DNA from: Amoebidium appalachense
Lineage: Eukaryota; Protista; Ichthyosporea
Length of the DNA stretch: 64,000 bases
Assembly (NCBI GenBank): GCA_963693365.1
Contig: CAVNZM010000004.1
Span: 12,366,468-12,430,467, forward strand
Direction: 5' to 3'
Positions 28,706-58,915 of the stretch are shown here, piece by piece (within the stretch, counting starts at the first letter, position 1; every line of letters begins with the position of its first letter). The notes below the pieces were generated by a model. That model saw only the letters and a list, made by a program, of their open reading frames with translations. It searched no databases and was not told the origin of the DNA. Made by a program: the position numbers and the translations under genes.

Positions 28706-30231
28706 ATGTCTGACCTCAAAGCTAAGTTCGAGAAGGCCGTCTACCTGGTCCGCAATGGACCAGCCAAGAACACAGGCAACGATGAGAAGCTGAAGGTATG
28801 GAACCCAAATTTCCGTGACCTGATATGTCTACATTGCCTGGCTTGATCACAGCTGCCTACGTTGCCAGTCCCCTCTCTCTCCCTCCCTTCTCACTCTCCG
28901 CCCTCCTCTCCCTCTCCCTGTCTTTTTCTGTTTCTCCCACCCTCTGTCGTACCCTCCCCCTCCATCTCCAGAGTTTCCCTCTCCCCCGGCCCCTCCCAGC
29001 TATTTTTTTCGTCCTCCCCCTCCCCCCCTCTCTCCTCCAAATCCCCCACCCATTCTTCCTGACTATCTCGTTCCAGGTTCAAGACCTCTTGGTCAACACT
29101 CCTTACACATCGCCATCCCCAACTAGCCACATTTTCCCCCTACTCTTTGGTACCTAGGCAAGCGCCTTCCATGGTAAAGCCCATGGTGCCTGTGCATGTG
29201 TTTTTCTTGTAGGGCCCTGTTCATTATTTTCCTTCTGAAAGCGTACACCACATACTCAAATTATGTAAAATTTTCTGTTGGCACAGGTTAGCAGGTCTAG
29301 GACGGATAGGCCACATAGTAGCCGGAACAACTAAACCATGGTGTGCAGGTCTACTCCCTGTTCAAGCAGGCAACCGAGGGCGATGTGAAGGGCTCTCAGC
29401 CGTGGGCTGTACAGGTATGTTTGCGAGGAAAAAAGTGCTCGACCGGTGACCACCGGCCGTGCCGCCATTTTTGCAACATCATGCCCTCGACTCCTGCTGC
29501 TCTTAACACTTTTACTGCTTCTTTCTCTTTTTTTTTCCCATCCTGCTTCCCTCCCACTGGCCTAAGCACTCTTTCCTTATACTGCCGGGCCCTGATTTTC
29601 TCAATGTACAGGTGTCTCTATTTTTTGCGTTTCTCCCCTTCACCATCACCCCCCTGTACTTCTTCTGTGGGCTCCTACCACTTCTCCCTCTTCCCCCTAG
29701 GCCTCTGCCCTCCCTTCTCCCTCCCCCTCCCACCCACCACCACCACCACACATGCACACCCCTATTCGGCCATGGCCCCCAACCCTATACGCTTGCAGTA
29801 AGTCTCAAAAAGGAGTATGGTTTTGTCATGTGGCTTAGTTGGCATGCTTCCCCCATGGCTAGTTTTTATTACAAATCCGAATAATGTGCTGCCAACACTT
29901 CTTAGCCGATGGCTCCTGACTTCACATGTTGTTCTGATGCCCAATACACAGCAAAAGGGCATGCAGGCACAGTGACAGAAGCTTGGGACCGGCCACTTTT
30001 AGTAGATAAAAAATATTCTTCAGAAATAAGCGTCCTCTTCTAAGTGGGCGTGCGTTTTGCCAATTCTCACGTCGAACCCCTCTGCAGGTGGAGGCACGGT
30101 TGAAGTGGGATGCTTGGAACGGGCTGAAGGGTATGAGCCAGGAGGAGGCCATGCAGAAGTACATCGACCATGTGGCTGAGGGTGATGCAAACTGGGAGGC
30201 CCACGAGGTGCTGGCTAACTACAAGCCGTAG
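28706..30231 (+). CDS. ACBP: Acyl-CoA-binding protein (ACBP/DBI family), 3 exons, 99 aa
   Basis: Exons 28706-28795 (MSDLKAKFEKAVYLVRNGPAKNTGNDEKLK), 29349-29414 (VYSLFKQATEGDVKGSQPWAVQ), 30088-30231 (VEARLKWDAWNGLKGMSQEEAMQKYIDHV...KP*). All GT-AG, phase 0. Hallmark YSLFKQAT.GD and KWDAW..LKGMS.EEAM..YI motifs. Confidence 0.96.
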
Positions 30232-30820
30232 GAGAAAGTCACAGGGCAACTACCAACTACGGAGGATACCCGCACCTAAAAATCCAAATATGTTGGGTGC
30301 TTGCGGAGCTTGTGGACTGTGCAAATGTGCGTTCAAACTAGTGTTTTCGTGAAGTTGGTGGCTGGGCTGGGTATATATACTTGGGGAGGATTCGAGGTGC
30401 AGCAGTTTTGACGATGTCGTTAACAAGAGTATTATGGATTTAACCTGCCTATGTTAGGGAAACATTTAGACCATAATTGTATAAAAGCAAATAAAATACT
30501 GTGGGTGCGGGGCACACACAAGAAACACGTATGCCAAGGTGGTATGTCCGGTCAAGTCCCAGCTACAGACTTGCAAGCAGCTCTGAGATCGTTCGGTTAT
30601 AGCCCTCCGGTTCTGCCAGCCCTTTTGGCCGATATGACTACACTTCACCGAGTTGCCACAATTGCAGCCGGATACTTTCTCGGCCTATTCGAAAAGGGGT
30701 CGACAACCTGAGGTGCCACCATAGTAAGTTGGTATTTCTTTTCACCTGCCCAAAAGTACCATAATAGTAGCCAGTTTCTTTCGTGTGATCAAAGTCTTGT
30801 ACTTTCCGGCTAGCAACAGT

Positions 30821-33487
<2,667 letters not shown>

Positions 33488-34402
33488 TCCCTCTCTCCCT
33501 CTTTCCCCCCTCCGTACACACACACACACACATGCACATGCACACGCACACGCACACGTGCACGCGCACACACGCGCGCGCACACACACATACACACACA
33601 CCACACAACAACCGTGCACGCACACACACACGGTCGTGGGCACCACACTCAAAAATAAACCAGAGAGAATGATCGAGTGATTGAAATGGTTTTGTATCGC
33701 CCCGAATCCGAGACTCTGTATTTAATCTTTTGCAGATTATGTTGCATAAAGATTACAGTAGCTTACATGCGTAGAAATATCTTGATTGTCATGCGTGCAA
33801 TGTGCAGTGGTGCCAATGAGGGTGGCCATAAGCAAATGATGCATGCAGTCATTCATATCCGTTGATGCTATTGCAGACATACCAATTTAGGTTTACGTAC
33901 GCGCAGCAGTCCCCTCGGGGGGGGGGGGGGGGGGGGGGGGGGGTTGGGGAGGGAGGGGGGGGGGGGGGGGGGGGGAGGGGAAGGGAAGGGGGGGGGGGGG
34001 GGGGGGGGGGGCCAGGTGGAGGGTGAGGATGGAGGGACGGGGGGAGGGGAGGGGGGAGGGGGGAGAGGGGGGAAGGGAAGAGAAGGAGGGGGGGATTGCA
34101 TGAGCATGGAATGCTGGTACCGTTACACATGCACTTCATCACGTCATTCCTCTACACACAAGTGGTACCAGTAGTGGCCCGAATTATGTACTACGATACG
34201 ATGATCAGCAGCACGTTTATGTCCAAGTATACCAATGCCGTGTGCAAACGTGTGCGTACACGTATCACATGCCATGCTAATCAATTTGGTTATAATTCTC
34301 CCCAGTCCCATGCCACAGTTCAAATAAATGAACATGTGATGCTGCCATCCCGGCTAGGCTGATAATCATTGGCAAGTTGCAGGGCGTAGTAAGTACGTAT
34401 AC

Positions 34403-34518
<116 letters not shown>

Positions 34519-34613
34519 ATGTGTGTGTGTGTGCACGTGTGTGTGTGTGTGTGTGGGAGGGGGTGGGTGTGTGGTGAGTGGGTGAATGTGAGATCTGTGT
34601 GTACTGTGTGCCG

Positions 34614-34670
<57 letters not shown>

Positions 34671-34909
34671 GTATAGGTGTCATAAAATATAGCAGTCGCT
34701 GTCCCCCAGCGGCAATGCCTTTTGCCCGATCTGGCTACGCGCTTGGTTATGGAACATGTTCGAGCCTGTGGCTGGGGACTTGATTTTTTTAGGCAGCCTT
34801 GCTCGGGCTGAACTATAATTATGTCCGGCTAGTCTACCATGACGTAGACGCCAGACTTGCTATACAAGAGATGGTGGAGGTGCGAGCCGCGGTACGTGCA
34901 TGCACGCGC

Positions 34910-35035
34910 GTGTGCGTGTGTACATGTTCTTGTATGTGCATGCGTGTATGTTTGTCTGGTGATGCACGTTTCGTGTGCGTGTGTACATGTTCTTGTATGT
35001 GCATGCGTGTATGTTTGTCTGGTGATGCACGTTTC
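34910..35035. repeat. Two-copy ~63 bp tandem duplication
   Basis: gtgtgcgtgtgtacatgttcttgtatgtgcatgcgtgtatgtttgtctggtgatgcacgtttc occurs twice head-to-tail. Confidence 0.9.
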
Positions 35036-35604
35036 CATGCTGATTGTACATGAAATTTGGCAATTATTGCGATAGAACCAATGAGGCGGTGTGAAGTTTT
35101 AGTACAACTTCAATTAAATGCGCTTTGCGAGGTCCACTGAATGCAAACTCATGTGCCGCATGCATATCACGGGGCAGGTGCACATGCATGCCAATTGCAC
35201 ATGCGTCGGCATGGCCAAACATCGACACAATCATTTCTGTACTCTTTCAGCAGCGTGGAGGGCCCACCCAAAATTGGTTTTTCTTAAGTTTTTTACTGTA
35301 ATCAGAATTACCTCCATGCGCCCACTGCACTGGGCAATGCACGAAAAAGACATCATCAATAAACGTATGTCGGGCCTCGAGCCCAGGATTAAACAGCAAC
35401 ACGCTTGGACCTTCAACATATGACTATCACCATGCAACAGATTCAACATATCCATGTACAACATGTATATATGGTGTGCATAAAAGGCCTACGACTTAAC
35501 TTGAATGGGTGCTCTGTGGTTGAAACGTGCGCGTGTAGGTGTGTGCGTGCGTGCGTGCTCGTGTATGTTTGAGGTGTGTGCCACGTGTGTGTGTGGTGTC
35601 TGTC

Positions 35605-35652
<48 letters not shown>

Positions 35653-35873
35653 GGTAGTATGTTGAGTAGGCAAAGTTTACATGCAAATGAATAATTCAGA
35701 ATATGATCAACAGATAAAAGAATAATATGACCTACGGAAAATGAAATAATAAACGGGCCTTCACCAGAGTCACAGGCAGACAGAAGGCACCAGTGGTCCA
35801 CCCATCCACTTAGTGTGCAATTTACATGCAACAATCTAGCTCAGCCTAAAAAAAACACGGTGACACGCATGCA

Positions 35874-35949
<76 letters not shown>

Positions 35950-35988
35950 GTGTGTCGTGTCTCTGTCTCTCTGTGTGTGCGTGTGCGC

Positions 35989-36066
<78 letters not shown>

Positions 36067-36352
36067 GGTATCTGCTAAGAGTCATGTGTTTGGAGTACAA
36101 TATGTTCGTATGCATGACGGTAGGTGCATCATGAGTATGCGAGTGCTTTCTATCACACGTGTGGCTAACAAGCCAAAAAAAACCTACACACCGGGTAAAC
36201 GATGCAGCCTATCCTGCAGTGTAACTAAACCAGCAGCAGACTATATACACAGCGGCGATTCAACATATCTTACCAAAAGCCATTGTTGTAACCTTAATCA
36301 AACACCCCTATGCATACTAATCAAAATTCCATCAATTGTAGATTTACCCCCC

Positions 36353-36394
<42 letters not shown>

Positions 36395-36864
36395 AAAAAA
36401 AAAAAAAAAACACCCAGCGAAAAACCCAGTTAAAAAATAATCTGGGTTTTTTTCTCCGATTAAATAGAAGAGAGAGAGGCAAAGACAGATAGAACAGAAC
36501 AGAAACTGTGTCGTAAATGCAGACAAGAATACAGTGTCCCTACATCATTGTGGTGACGTGTTTCTGTCACGATCATAATAAACTTAAGTTAAAAATTTAG
36601 CAATCTGTGTACAGGCGGCAACCTTTTTTTTCTTCTTTCCCCCCCCCCCCCCCCCCTTTTCTGCCTTCATTTTCGTTTTCAATGCCCCCTAAAACCCCAC
36701 CCATAACGAACAAAAAACAAAATGTATATGGGGGCCAAAAAACGACGGTACACCCCTTCCGTGCTTTCTGATCATCAACACACCTTCCGTCCAGGACACA
36801 TGATATGTTCTCCTCCACGTGAAATATCAAGATAGCATAAAAACCCATGCCTGGATCTGTAATT

Positions 36865-49532
<12,668 letters not shown>

Positions 49533-50279
49533 GTTTGAAACACGCACGTGTTTAAACCTAGATGTGATAGATGCTGGAATTAGGGCGCACGGGGCACCAA
49601 TGGATGTCAGCAGTCTTCAACCGAACAGTCACTCGCGTCATTTCGTTTCACGAAGGTGGCCACAATTCACGTGGGCCAAGACAGTGTCGGATTATTGTTG
49701 ATGAAGCACAGCACCAGGCAGATGGGTTGGAAAGGAAGAAAAAACTCTGAAACAGTTGATATTGATACCCTCTTATCTGTCAAATCTAGCAAGGGCTAGC
49801 TGCTTAACAAGGTTGATGGGGCTACAAAAGAAGTTCTAGACTATTCTCATGCCCAATTTCATTTAGGTACTTGGTTTACTAATTACAGCTACAGCTCAGT
49901 CTTTCTGCACCTTTGTTTAGGCAGCTATAGGGGACAGCTGCAGACCAGAAGTCTCATGACGTCGAAGACTCTAACCAGCTATTATACCAAACTGTTAGCG
50001 CCTCTTTACAACGCCAGATGTGTCACGGAAAAAAGAGTGAGCAGTACAAATTATAATTATGTCTTGGACAGCACTATTTACACTAACAGCACGAGACAAC
50101 CAGTGTTCTTATTATTCTCGCTACTTTACACACTGTCTACTTTCATGTTTTGCTTTCCATGTTCGGATGACGCAGTGCAAATTACGTGGATGCGACATTG
50201 AAGGTCCGTAAGCCTTGCGTGCCTTCACTTACGCAATTCCAGGGCTTACCTGGTACGTTATTTCTTTCTATGACCTATA

Positions 50280-52035
50280 GCCAATCAAACATTATCAGAT
50301 GGCGTATCTTTTTAAAAATGATCTTGGTGACCCCGCTTTCGACATTATAAAGGCACAAAAATTTAGAAAAAAACATCACAATATTTGTATTGATTATAAA
50401 CTTAAAAAATATTGCTTAAGAACCTTTTTGTGCCTCTTGTTTTTCTAGCTCTGTCCATACATCTATTTTTGTCTTGGGGCTTCCACCAATTACGAATGAG
50501 GCGCGAAAGGCTCAACTCCCCGCCTTGGATCGAATATGATAAGCGGGAAAAGCATCGCTCTGATTGTGGTCCAATCATTAATTTTTAGGGACGGTTTAAC
50601 GCATTCCGAGGAATATGATCTCACCGCAAGCCTCAAGGCATCAGGTTGAACTTTGTACAGCTGTTGCATGCGCACAGTACAAAATTTACAAAAGGTATTA
50701 TCCCCCCCTCATTGAAACCAACCATGTATATGTGATTCTTATGGAGTATCTACGGAAAAGTGCATTTTGATGTTCAGTGAGTGGCGTGAACCAATCAATA
50801 AAAAGCACTGGACAGGCCAATCAAGCACTGGGCTGTTGAGCCGTTGGCGGGAAAAGTCTTCGCCATCCGGCGGCCGTCGACTGTCAGACTCCCGGGGCCC
50901 CCATGAAAGACTTAATTTATGTTTCGGCTCACGTTTGTACCTATCTTTGATTGGTTTTAGGGGTCCTGAAGGAGTGTTACAGAAAGCTCAATGTTAGAAG
51001 CTGATTGGATTAAACTTAATGAGCATGACTATGTAATGAATGCTCTAAAAATAAAAATGTGTGTACCCCTACTGTGTTTTTGTTATTTTGTTTTAGGCGG
51101 GCGAAGTGGGTTTCTAACTTTACTGCTTGGCTGTTTTTTTGGTTACTCTTTTGCTTGCGGCTAAACAACTAACACAGGCAAGCATCCGCTCAGCCAATCG
51201 CCGCAACTTTTAAACCGTTTGCCTACTTCATCACATTAAGATCTGATTTGTCTATATTAATGATTTAACGACCTGACCAATCGGGTATGGCGCAAAAGTA
51301 CGTCATTAATTTGAGATGATTGGTCCGGGTATGGCGTGGAAATCAATGATTGGTTGGAGGTACGCAGGTCAAAACATAAATAACGCTTGGTTTGGTCCGT
51401 TGAGAGTTGAGACCTGCTCCGGCCGCGGCCATGCCAAGGTCCACAGGGCAGTAATACATCTCCTAGTCAAAAATGGAATTAAAGCATTGTCCTCACGCAG
51501 CAAACAACAAAAAGAAACTTTTTTACGTACAGTGTCTGCTTTTACGATTTGACAGTGAACATCACGAGCAGGACTCTGGCCTTGCGGCCGGTGGGCGCGG
51601 TGTTTTTTCCGGCCTCACTCTGTGAGCCAGACTGGTCATTACAGCTTTAGTACTGCCTGATTTTATCGGAACAGTCAATCTATTGTATCTACTATAATTT
51701 TAGTTTGGCTTTAAGGCTGAAGCACTACTGATTAAATTATCTTAACAGTTTAAAGCAATGTTCCTGGATGGCTATCTCGACAAAGCGATGTAAAATCGAC
51801 GTTTGGAATTACGGAGGAGGAAGGCAACAACATGTGTTTTGAATATAAGTCCTGCTCGTTTTGTCGGTTAAATATTGTATAAATTTTAAGCAAATTTCTG
51901 GTTAATTTTGCTGTTAATGGTCGAATTGGACGCATTGAATAGCCGTGAACTGCAGTCATGAACTCATTAGTTCATCAAGGAGAGGAATGCAACCCGGCGA
52001 AGAGCATTGGACTGCCAAAGTTTGACCAATCATAG
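50280..52035. promoter_or_regulatory. CCAAT-box-dense divergent intergenic region between ATG1 and the ARID4-like gene
   Basis: CCAATC[A/G] or TGATTGG at about 50281, 50571, 50791, 50817, 50948, 51002, 51194, 51277, 51317, 51347, 52026. The region is free of microsatellites. Confidence 0.45.
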
Positions 52036-53109
52036 CCCAAGGTAGTAGGTAAAAACATTACCGGTATCAAAATAATTATGAAAACCCCAGTTGCATAAAC
52101 TGATTTTTCACAATAATGGGGTGTAAACAAATTTACAAAACATTGAAAGCGATTCGCATTTTTGGGAAATAACTTAAATTATCCGAGATTTCCGAACTTT
52201 CGGTTACAGGACAGAGAGATGCCGGCCCCGGGCCTCAGCTTTCAAGCACCACAGCCGCTGCAAAGCACACACAAAAACACAAACTACACAGGTGACACCG
52301 TTTAAACCTCTACCCTAACCGTTGCAAGTGTGTTAGCGCTAGTCAGCAAGGGTAGTTCGCTGCGCAAAATTGTATGTGTTAAGATGGTATAGGTTGGTAA
52401 GTTTTTGCCTTTCAGGCGCCACACTCTGGCTAAGCGTACCCGATACAACTTGCTTCGAGTTGTAACAGAATCGAATGTTTGAAGGTAGGTGCCGAAGAGT
52501 GGCCTGTTTTTTACTCCGCTGTGACTTCTTGTTGCCACAGTTCTACCAGCCACAAGTAGCTTTGTCGTGCTATTTTTGATTTGCTCTAAGCTTGTAGGGT
52601 TAGGCTGGTGGTGGCGGGCCGCTCGAGGCTAGGTACTTGTTTAAGGAAAGCTGCTTCGGTTGAACTGTTTTGAATTGTCACACAGGCGCGTCCTAGAGAG
52701 AAGCCGTTGCTTTTCTTCTGCTGCCATAACTGGTGAAGGTTGAGGCACATGGTGTGTACTCCTGTTGGCGAGGGGAGGGACGGGGGCTATCCGGAGTAGA
52801 CCTTACGAAGTGCCGAACGGGGGCATATCAACTGAGTGTGTGGTTAAGGGAGGGGCTTGTGTATTTTGGTAGTGGTGGTTTGGGGGGGGGGGGGGGGGGG
52901 GGGGGGGGGAGGGAAGCTATTGGAGGGAACGGCCCAAAGAAATGTCTTTTGATTGTCTGGTAAACATGGGTGGGGTTGGGTGGTTCTACTCAAGGGGTCT
53001 TGGGATGTGTAAACTGCAGGTGCACATGCTATGCATTACTTGTGCGCTTGTGTTTCGCCTTTCGAATTTTCGAAGATTTGTATAATCTCGTCGTGTCAGG
53101 CTGACCGTG

Positions 53110-53998
53110 ATGGGTGTTTCTAGGCTCAAAATGGAGTGCGAAGGTGTCTTGGAGATTGGGACGGAGGTTAGTGCGAAATATAAAGGGGCCTTTTGTGAGG
53201 CTGTGATTAAGAGTGTGGAGGCATCGTTGGAGGCACGTTTGGAATTCACTGTGAAGGGAAAAGGCAGTCATTGGGTGCATGGCAAGGTGAGTTCTGTTTA
53301 GTAAGCACATCTTCTTCTCCCCCCCTCCCCCCTCCCCCCCCCCAAAAAAGCCCCCCCCCCCCCCCTCCCCTTGGGGGTCCTTTCTCTCTCTCCCCCATCT
53401 TCACTGCAACCGAGGAGCTTCAAAGAAACCTCGTCTCCTGAACCTTCCTTGCTTTTCGCTTGCTGCTGCAACCTTAACCCCCTGTCCCTCACTACGTTCT
53501 TATCTGTGGCATTTGCTCACATGAATAAGCCTGCTTGTCTTTATTGAAGACGAGTCACCCACCCACGTGGAAGTGAACGGTACCTGAGCTGGGTTTCACG
53601 TGCAGGGTGAAGGGGTCGAAAGTCAAGTACCGTGATAGACTTGCCCCCCCTTCCCCCCCCCCTCCCCCCCCCCCCCCCCTCCCCCCCCCCCCCCCTCTCT
53701 CCCCTCCTTCGCCTCCCCCTGCCTTCTCGTTTGAGAAAAGGCCTGCTTGTGAAATACACTCTGTGTGCTTTGCAGACTCGGTGTTGATTTGTCCGTCGCG
53801 AATGTGTGATTGTGTAGTTCATATTTTGTAGAGCATTCTTTACCTCCCCCCCTTGTAGGAGGGCCCGGCGCACTTACGCTCATCCCACTTTACTCAAAGA
53901 GCTATCTGCTCCCTGCTGCATGCGCAATATGTTGATATGTATGACAATATGCTGTTGCATGCTCACCAAAAATCCATGCTACAGACACACCTTCTTCC

Positions 53999-54049
<51 letters not shown>

Positions 54050-55488
54050 AAAAAAAAAAGAAGAAGAAGAAGAAGAAGAAGAAAAAGGTAGAGAGAGAAG
54101 GGGAGGGTGGGGGCGGAGGGGGGGGGGGGGGGGGAGAATGAAAACAACAGGACATGTTAGCTTGGTCCCTTCTCCCTCCTATATGGCTACTTTCCTGGGA
54201 CGCTAAGTTTGATCATGGGGTTTTGGTGCGGGGCAGAACATTCGTGGGCAAGTTCGCCTGCACGGGCTGGTGGAGGCACAGCATCCGTCCGATGGGCAAT
54301 ACTACCAGGGCACCATAGTCAGAATAACCGACAACAGCATATACACCGTGGGTATGTGAGCCTTTCAGTTCCTTTTCTATCTTGCTCCTTCAGGCCCCTG
54401 GTTCCTCTCGTGGCCTTTTAGTCTTTGCTCATCATGTCACAACATGGTGTTGAGTGTTCACGCCTAGGAACAGCATCCTCCCCCCCAGACCCCTTCCCCC
54501 AGTGTCACAGGCTTACCTTCTTCTATTTCTTCGTCTTGAGGTTTGGAAAGGGCCTGCTCGGTTCTAAATTTTCCCAATCTGTACCGTACGTTTTCAGGCA
54601 GCCTTGAGGTCAAATTGAACACCTGTAGTGGCCATCATAGCCGAATGCTTATCTCTCCGGTGGAGATATCAGCCAGGGATACGGCACCGTTTGTGGTTTT
54701 GGTGGATGAACGCGCGCGGGCGCGCGCCCCGGGGGGGGGGGGGGGGGGGGGGGCTGTTGAAGACAGTGCATTGACTACCCCTCCCCCCGAGGGGGAGGGG
54801 GAGGGAAGGGGATTGGCACACACTCATGCCACCAGCATATTTGCACACAAGCTCCCTTGTACAGTGTTCTCATCAGCCCCCCCCCCCCCCCCCCCCCTCC
54901 CTCCCCTCCCCTCGGTTTCCCCCGAAGAGAGAGAGGGAGAGAGAGATTGACACATACAGACACCTTATCAGGCAAAAATGCACACACACACACACACACA
55001 CACACCTATCAAGCCTTACCTCTGTCTGTCCCCCCACCGCCCGCCCACCCACATGCCACTTTCTCAAATGCCTCACACCCCCCACCCCCCAGTTTTTGAC
55101 GATGGAGATGTGCGGACAGTCAAGCGGCAGGGGATCCACCTTAAACCCCCACGGCCAGATTCGGCCACACCCGAAAAGTCGGGTGGGCGGGTAGTGACTG
55201 AGGCAGTCCCCTCACCGAGGAGACACACTGCATCGGACATTAATCCTGCAAGGTGGGTGTCTACACTGTATGTGTGGCATGCCTGTGTGGGTGGACGTAA
55301 GGTATTGAACCACAGCGAAGTTAGGTGTGTGGGGTTGATTTGGGTACGTGGTGAATGTGATGGCATGGTTGAAAGAAGAAGTGCAGTGCTGGGGAGGCCG
55401 GGAGAGGGGGAGGGGAGGGGGGGGGAAGGGGGGGGGGATTTGTGTTGCAGATGGGCTTTGTAAATCTGTGTGTTTTTGTTTTGTGCGT

Positions 55489-55521
<33 letters not shown>

Positions 55522-55804
55522 GGGGGGGGGATGGGGGGTCTGCTTTAGTGTGGAGATGTGTTTGAGAAGAGGATGGAAGGCTTGGGAGGAGACAGCAGGG
55601 TCTTAGGTGTGTCTGACATAGTCCTACAGCCATGCCAAGAAACCTCCACCCCCCAGCCCTAAGCCACCGAAGCTCTCGAAGCCCCCATCCACTGCCCCAG
55701 CCAAGAGGTAAGCAAGCAGCCAGCCAGAATCTGTGTGGGGCACCTTTGGCAAGTGTTAGGTTGTGTTGAATGTGGGTTCAATGTGGGTGGAACAAAAGTA
55801 GTTT

Positions 55805-55852
<48 letters not shown>

Positions 55853-57188
55853 GGGAATGAAGTGATGAGATTATTTTTCTGGGGGGTGGGAGGTAGGGGG
55901 AGGGGGGTTCGTTCCCTCGTGCATTCCCAAACACGAACTTCTCACATTGCCGCATGACTGGTGTGTTACGGATGACTTTTTGCTGGCTTGATCAAACGGT
56001 ACCCTGGTATTATTGCATTCTGTTTGGGGGTGTCAAATCCAGGCACCGGGTAGCATTTGCTGACACGTCTTTGGTTTGTGTCTTCAGTGTTTTGCAGAAA
56101 CAGCAGAATGCAGTTTCGTCGGCAAAGTAAGTGGCTCGTGATCGCCTGAACGTGCCCTCATGCCATTTGTTGCCCTTTGTGAATTGTGTTGTGATTGAGG
56201 GTGTGTGATGAAGCCCTATTTGCCCCCCCCCCCCCTCCCCCCCCCCCCCCCCCCCCCCCCCGCGCCGGGGGAGGGGGGGGGGGGGGGGGGGGGATGGAAA
56301 CTGTGTAGTTCGGAGTGTCCACTAGCGGGGGGGGGGGGGAGGGGGAAGCACAATGTCAATCGCAACTTTGGGTGTGGGGGGGGGGGGGGGGGTGTTGAAT
56401 TTTCTACCGAGTGTCCACGGAATTCCAACCCCCTCCCCCCCCCCCCCCCCCCACAAGCACACATCCACAAGCACACACACACCCCTAAAAGAAAAGGGAA
56501 AGAGACTGGGGGGGGGGGGGGGGGGGGGGGGGATGTGCAGGCACACCTTCGTCTTTCTTACCCTCCGTCCTCCCCGACCGTACCTTGTCTCCATTCTTCC
56601 AACCACCTAATGCATAGGTCAATTTCCATCTATCCAGCTACCCACAATACGTTTGCACCTTGCCATGTTGCACCCCCTTCCCCCCCCCCCCAATGGAGCT
56701 CCCTACCTCTTGTTGTACTAAGCTTTCTTCTCCATTCTCAGACCGGCCCCCGCAACCGACACCAAAAAGGCCCCTCCTCGGCCCCCTAAAACCCCACAGA
56801 AGCAAAGTGATGCTGGCGGGGGTGTTGGTGTGGGCAAGAAGGAAGGCAGTGAGAGGGTGCTCACTGATGAGCAGATCGAGAGGCGGGTGGCCGTGTTTGT
56901 GCGCACCCCCAACTGCACATTCTGGAAACCAGCTCTGGTATGGCCCATAGTGATCCCCCCCCCCCCCCCCCCCCCTCCCCCCCCCCCCCCCCCCCCCCAG
57001 GTGAATTGGTCGAAACGTGGGTACTCTCAATTGACATGGACCCCTCCTAAGGATGGGCTGTGCTTATGATGCATGTTCTTGGTGTGCTGCGATCCGCATG
57101 GTGTTGGCCGTCATGAATGTGTACGTCGTACTCTGTAGCCCCCCTCCCCTCTCCCCCTCTCCTTCTCAGGGGCCCAAGATCTCACACA

Positions 57189-57222
<34 letters not shown>

Positions 57223-57813
57223 TCCAACTCACTTGTTTTGCATGCTTTGTGTGACTGTGCCTTTCGCGTTTGTCGGCTGATATTTGTAGTTCGTACTGGG
57301 TGTGCTTTATAACCCCTCCCCCTCCCCTTCACCCCCCCACCCATGCTCATGATGGGCTGGTACTGATGGGACATGTCTACAGGTTGTGCCCCCCGGTGAG
57401 ATAGACGAGACTATGCCGCGGAAACGAAATTCCACAGATATCCTCGTCCGGTATCTGGATGACTTCACATAGTAATTATCCAACCCCCACCCACCCAGCC
57501 ACCCACCCACCCAACCACCTTACCCCTCCCTACCCCCTGCGGTTGCCCGCATGAGCATGTACACACAGGCGTTTGTTTGTACTTGGCATGCACGTGCATT
57601 TACCCCCACGCCCCTCCGTTTTTCATTCTCATTGATGCCTCTCTATTCACACACCTATGCTCGTGGGGCTGGAACATTTTTGTCATGGCTGCCCACTGCT
57701 CAGTTCCTGCCTCTGTCTTGCTTATGCAGACCGTACTGATACAGCAATTGCTGTCATCTTCTGGTCTACTACCAGCCATGGGCTTGGTAAACATCAGTCA
57801 TACTCGTTATAGG

Positions 57814-57848
<35 letters not shown>

Positions 57849-58761
57849 GTACACACACACACACACTATGCTCATGCTCACGCTCATTCGGAGCCCCTTT
57901 CTACCTCCGACAGACCGAAAAGGTTGTCTGTCCTTGTTCTTTTTTTTTGCCCCACCTTATCGGCTCACCAAACATAAACACAATGTATGGTGCAGGTTTA
58001 TTATCTGTGTCCTAACCCCCCCCCCCCCCCCCCCCCCCCCCTCCCCCCTCCCCGCCCGCGCTCGCCCGTCCACTTACTTTCGACACACACAAACACACCT
58101 CCACCATCACCTCCTCTTCCTCCCGCCCACCCACCCACCTACCCATCCTCTCCCCCCCTCCCCCCCATTGAACCCCCTCTCATCATTGCTTGCAGTGTTT
58201 CTGTGCCCGAGCGTTCTGTGCGCCTGTTTACGGAGGACTCTGGGCTGTACCGGCTGTTTGTGGAGGTGGACTACGAGGCATTCAGCACCCACGTGGGTGT
58301 GAAGAGAGCACTGGTCTACATGGCCACCGGTGCCCTCCCCGATCAGGCCCTGTGGAAAGCATTTCGTGCTGCACGGGTCTGTGTCCCCCCCCACCCCCAC
58401 ACACGCACACTCACACTCACACGTATCCACCCCCACCCCCAACTTGGCGCCTTGCACATCCTAATCCTATGTGCACAAAACCAAAGTTGTTTTTACCTAT
58501 AAATATATATATATGGGGGGGGTGGGGGGGGGGGGGGGAGGAGGTGGAAGGGAGGGGGGACACTCGATAGGTTGTTAAGACGAATTCTGTTCTTTGTGGA
58601 GGCATGTGATCCCCTTGATGATGCACCTTGACCAATTGTCTCCCGCCGTAAGCATTCATTTTCTGGTCGGTTTATTTCTTTTGTTATATGTAATGCCTTT
58701 GCCGCCATATTTCACACCATTTGATACGAATCCCCTCCCCCCCCACCTCACGCCAATCCCT

Positions 58762-58818
<57 letters not shown>

Positions 58819-58829
58819 TGGTCATTGAC

Positions 58830-58915
<86 letters not shown>

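Noticed and set aside
53606-53626. Possible mini-exon GEGVESQ in ARID4-like intron 1
   Set aside because: It lies within the structured repeat copy, and the Tudor domain aligns to ARID4 without it.
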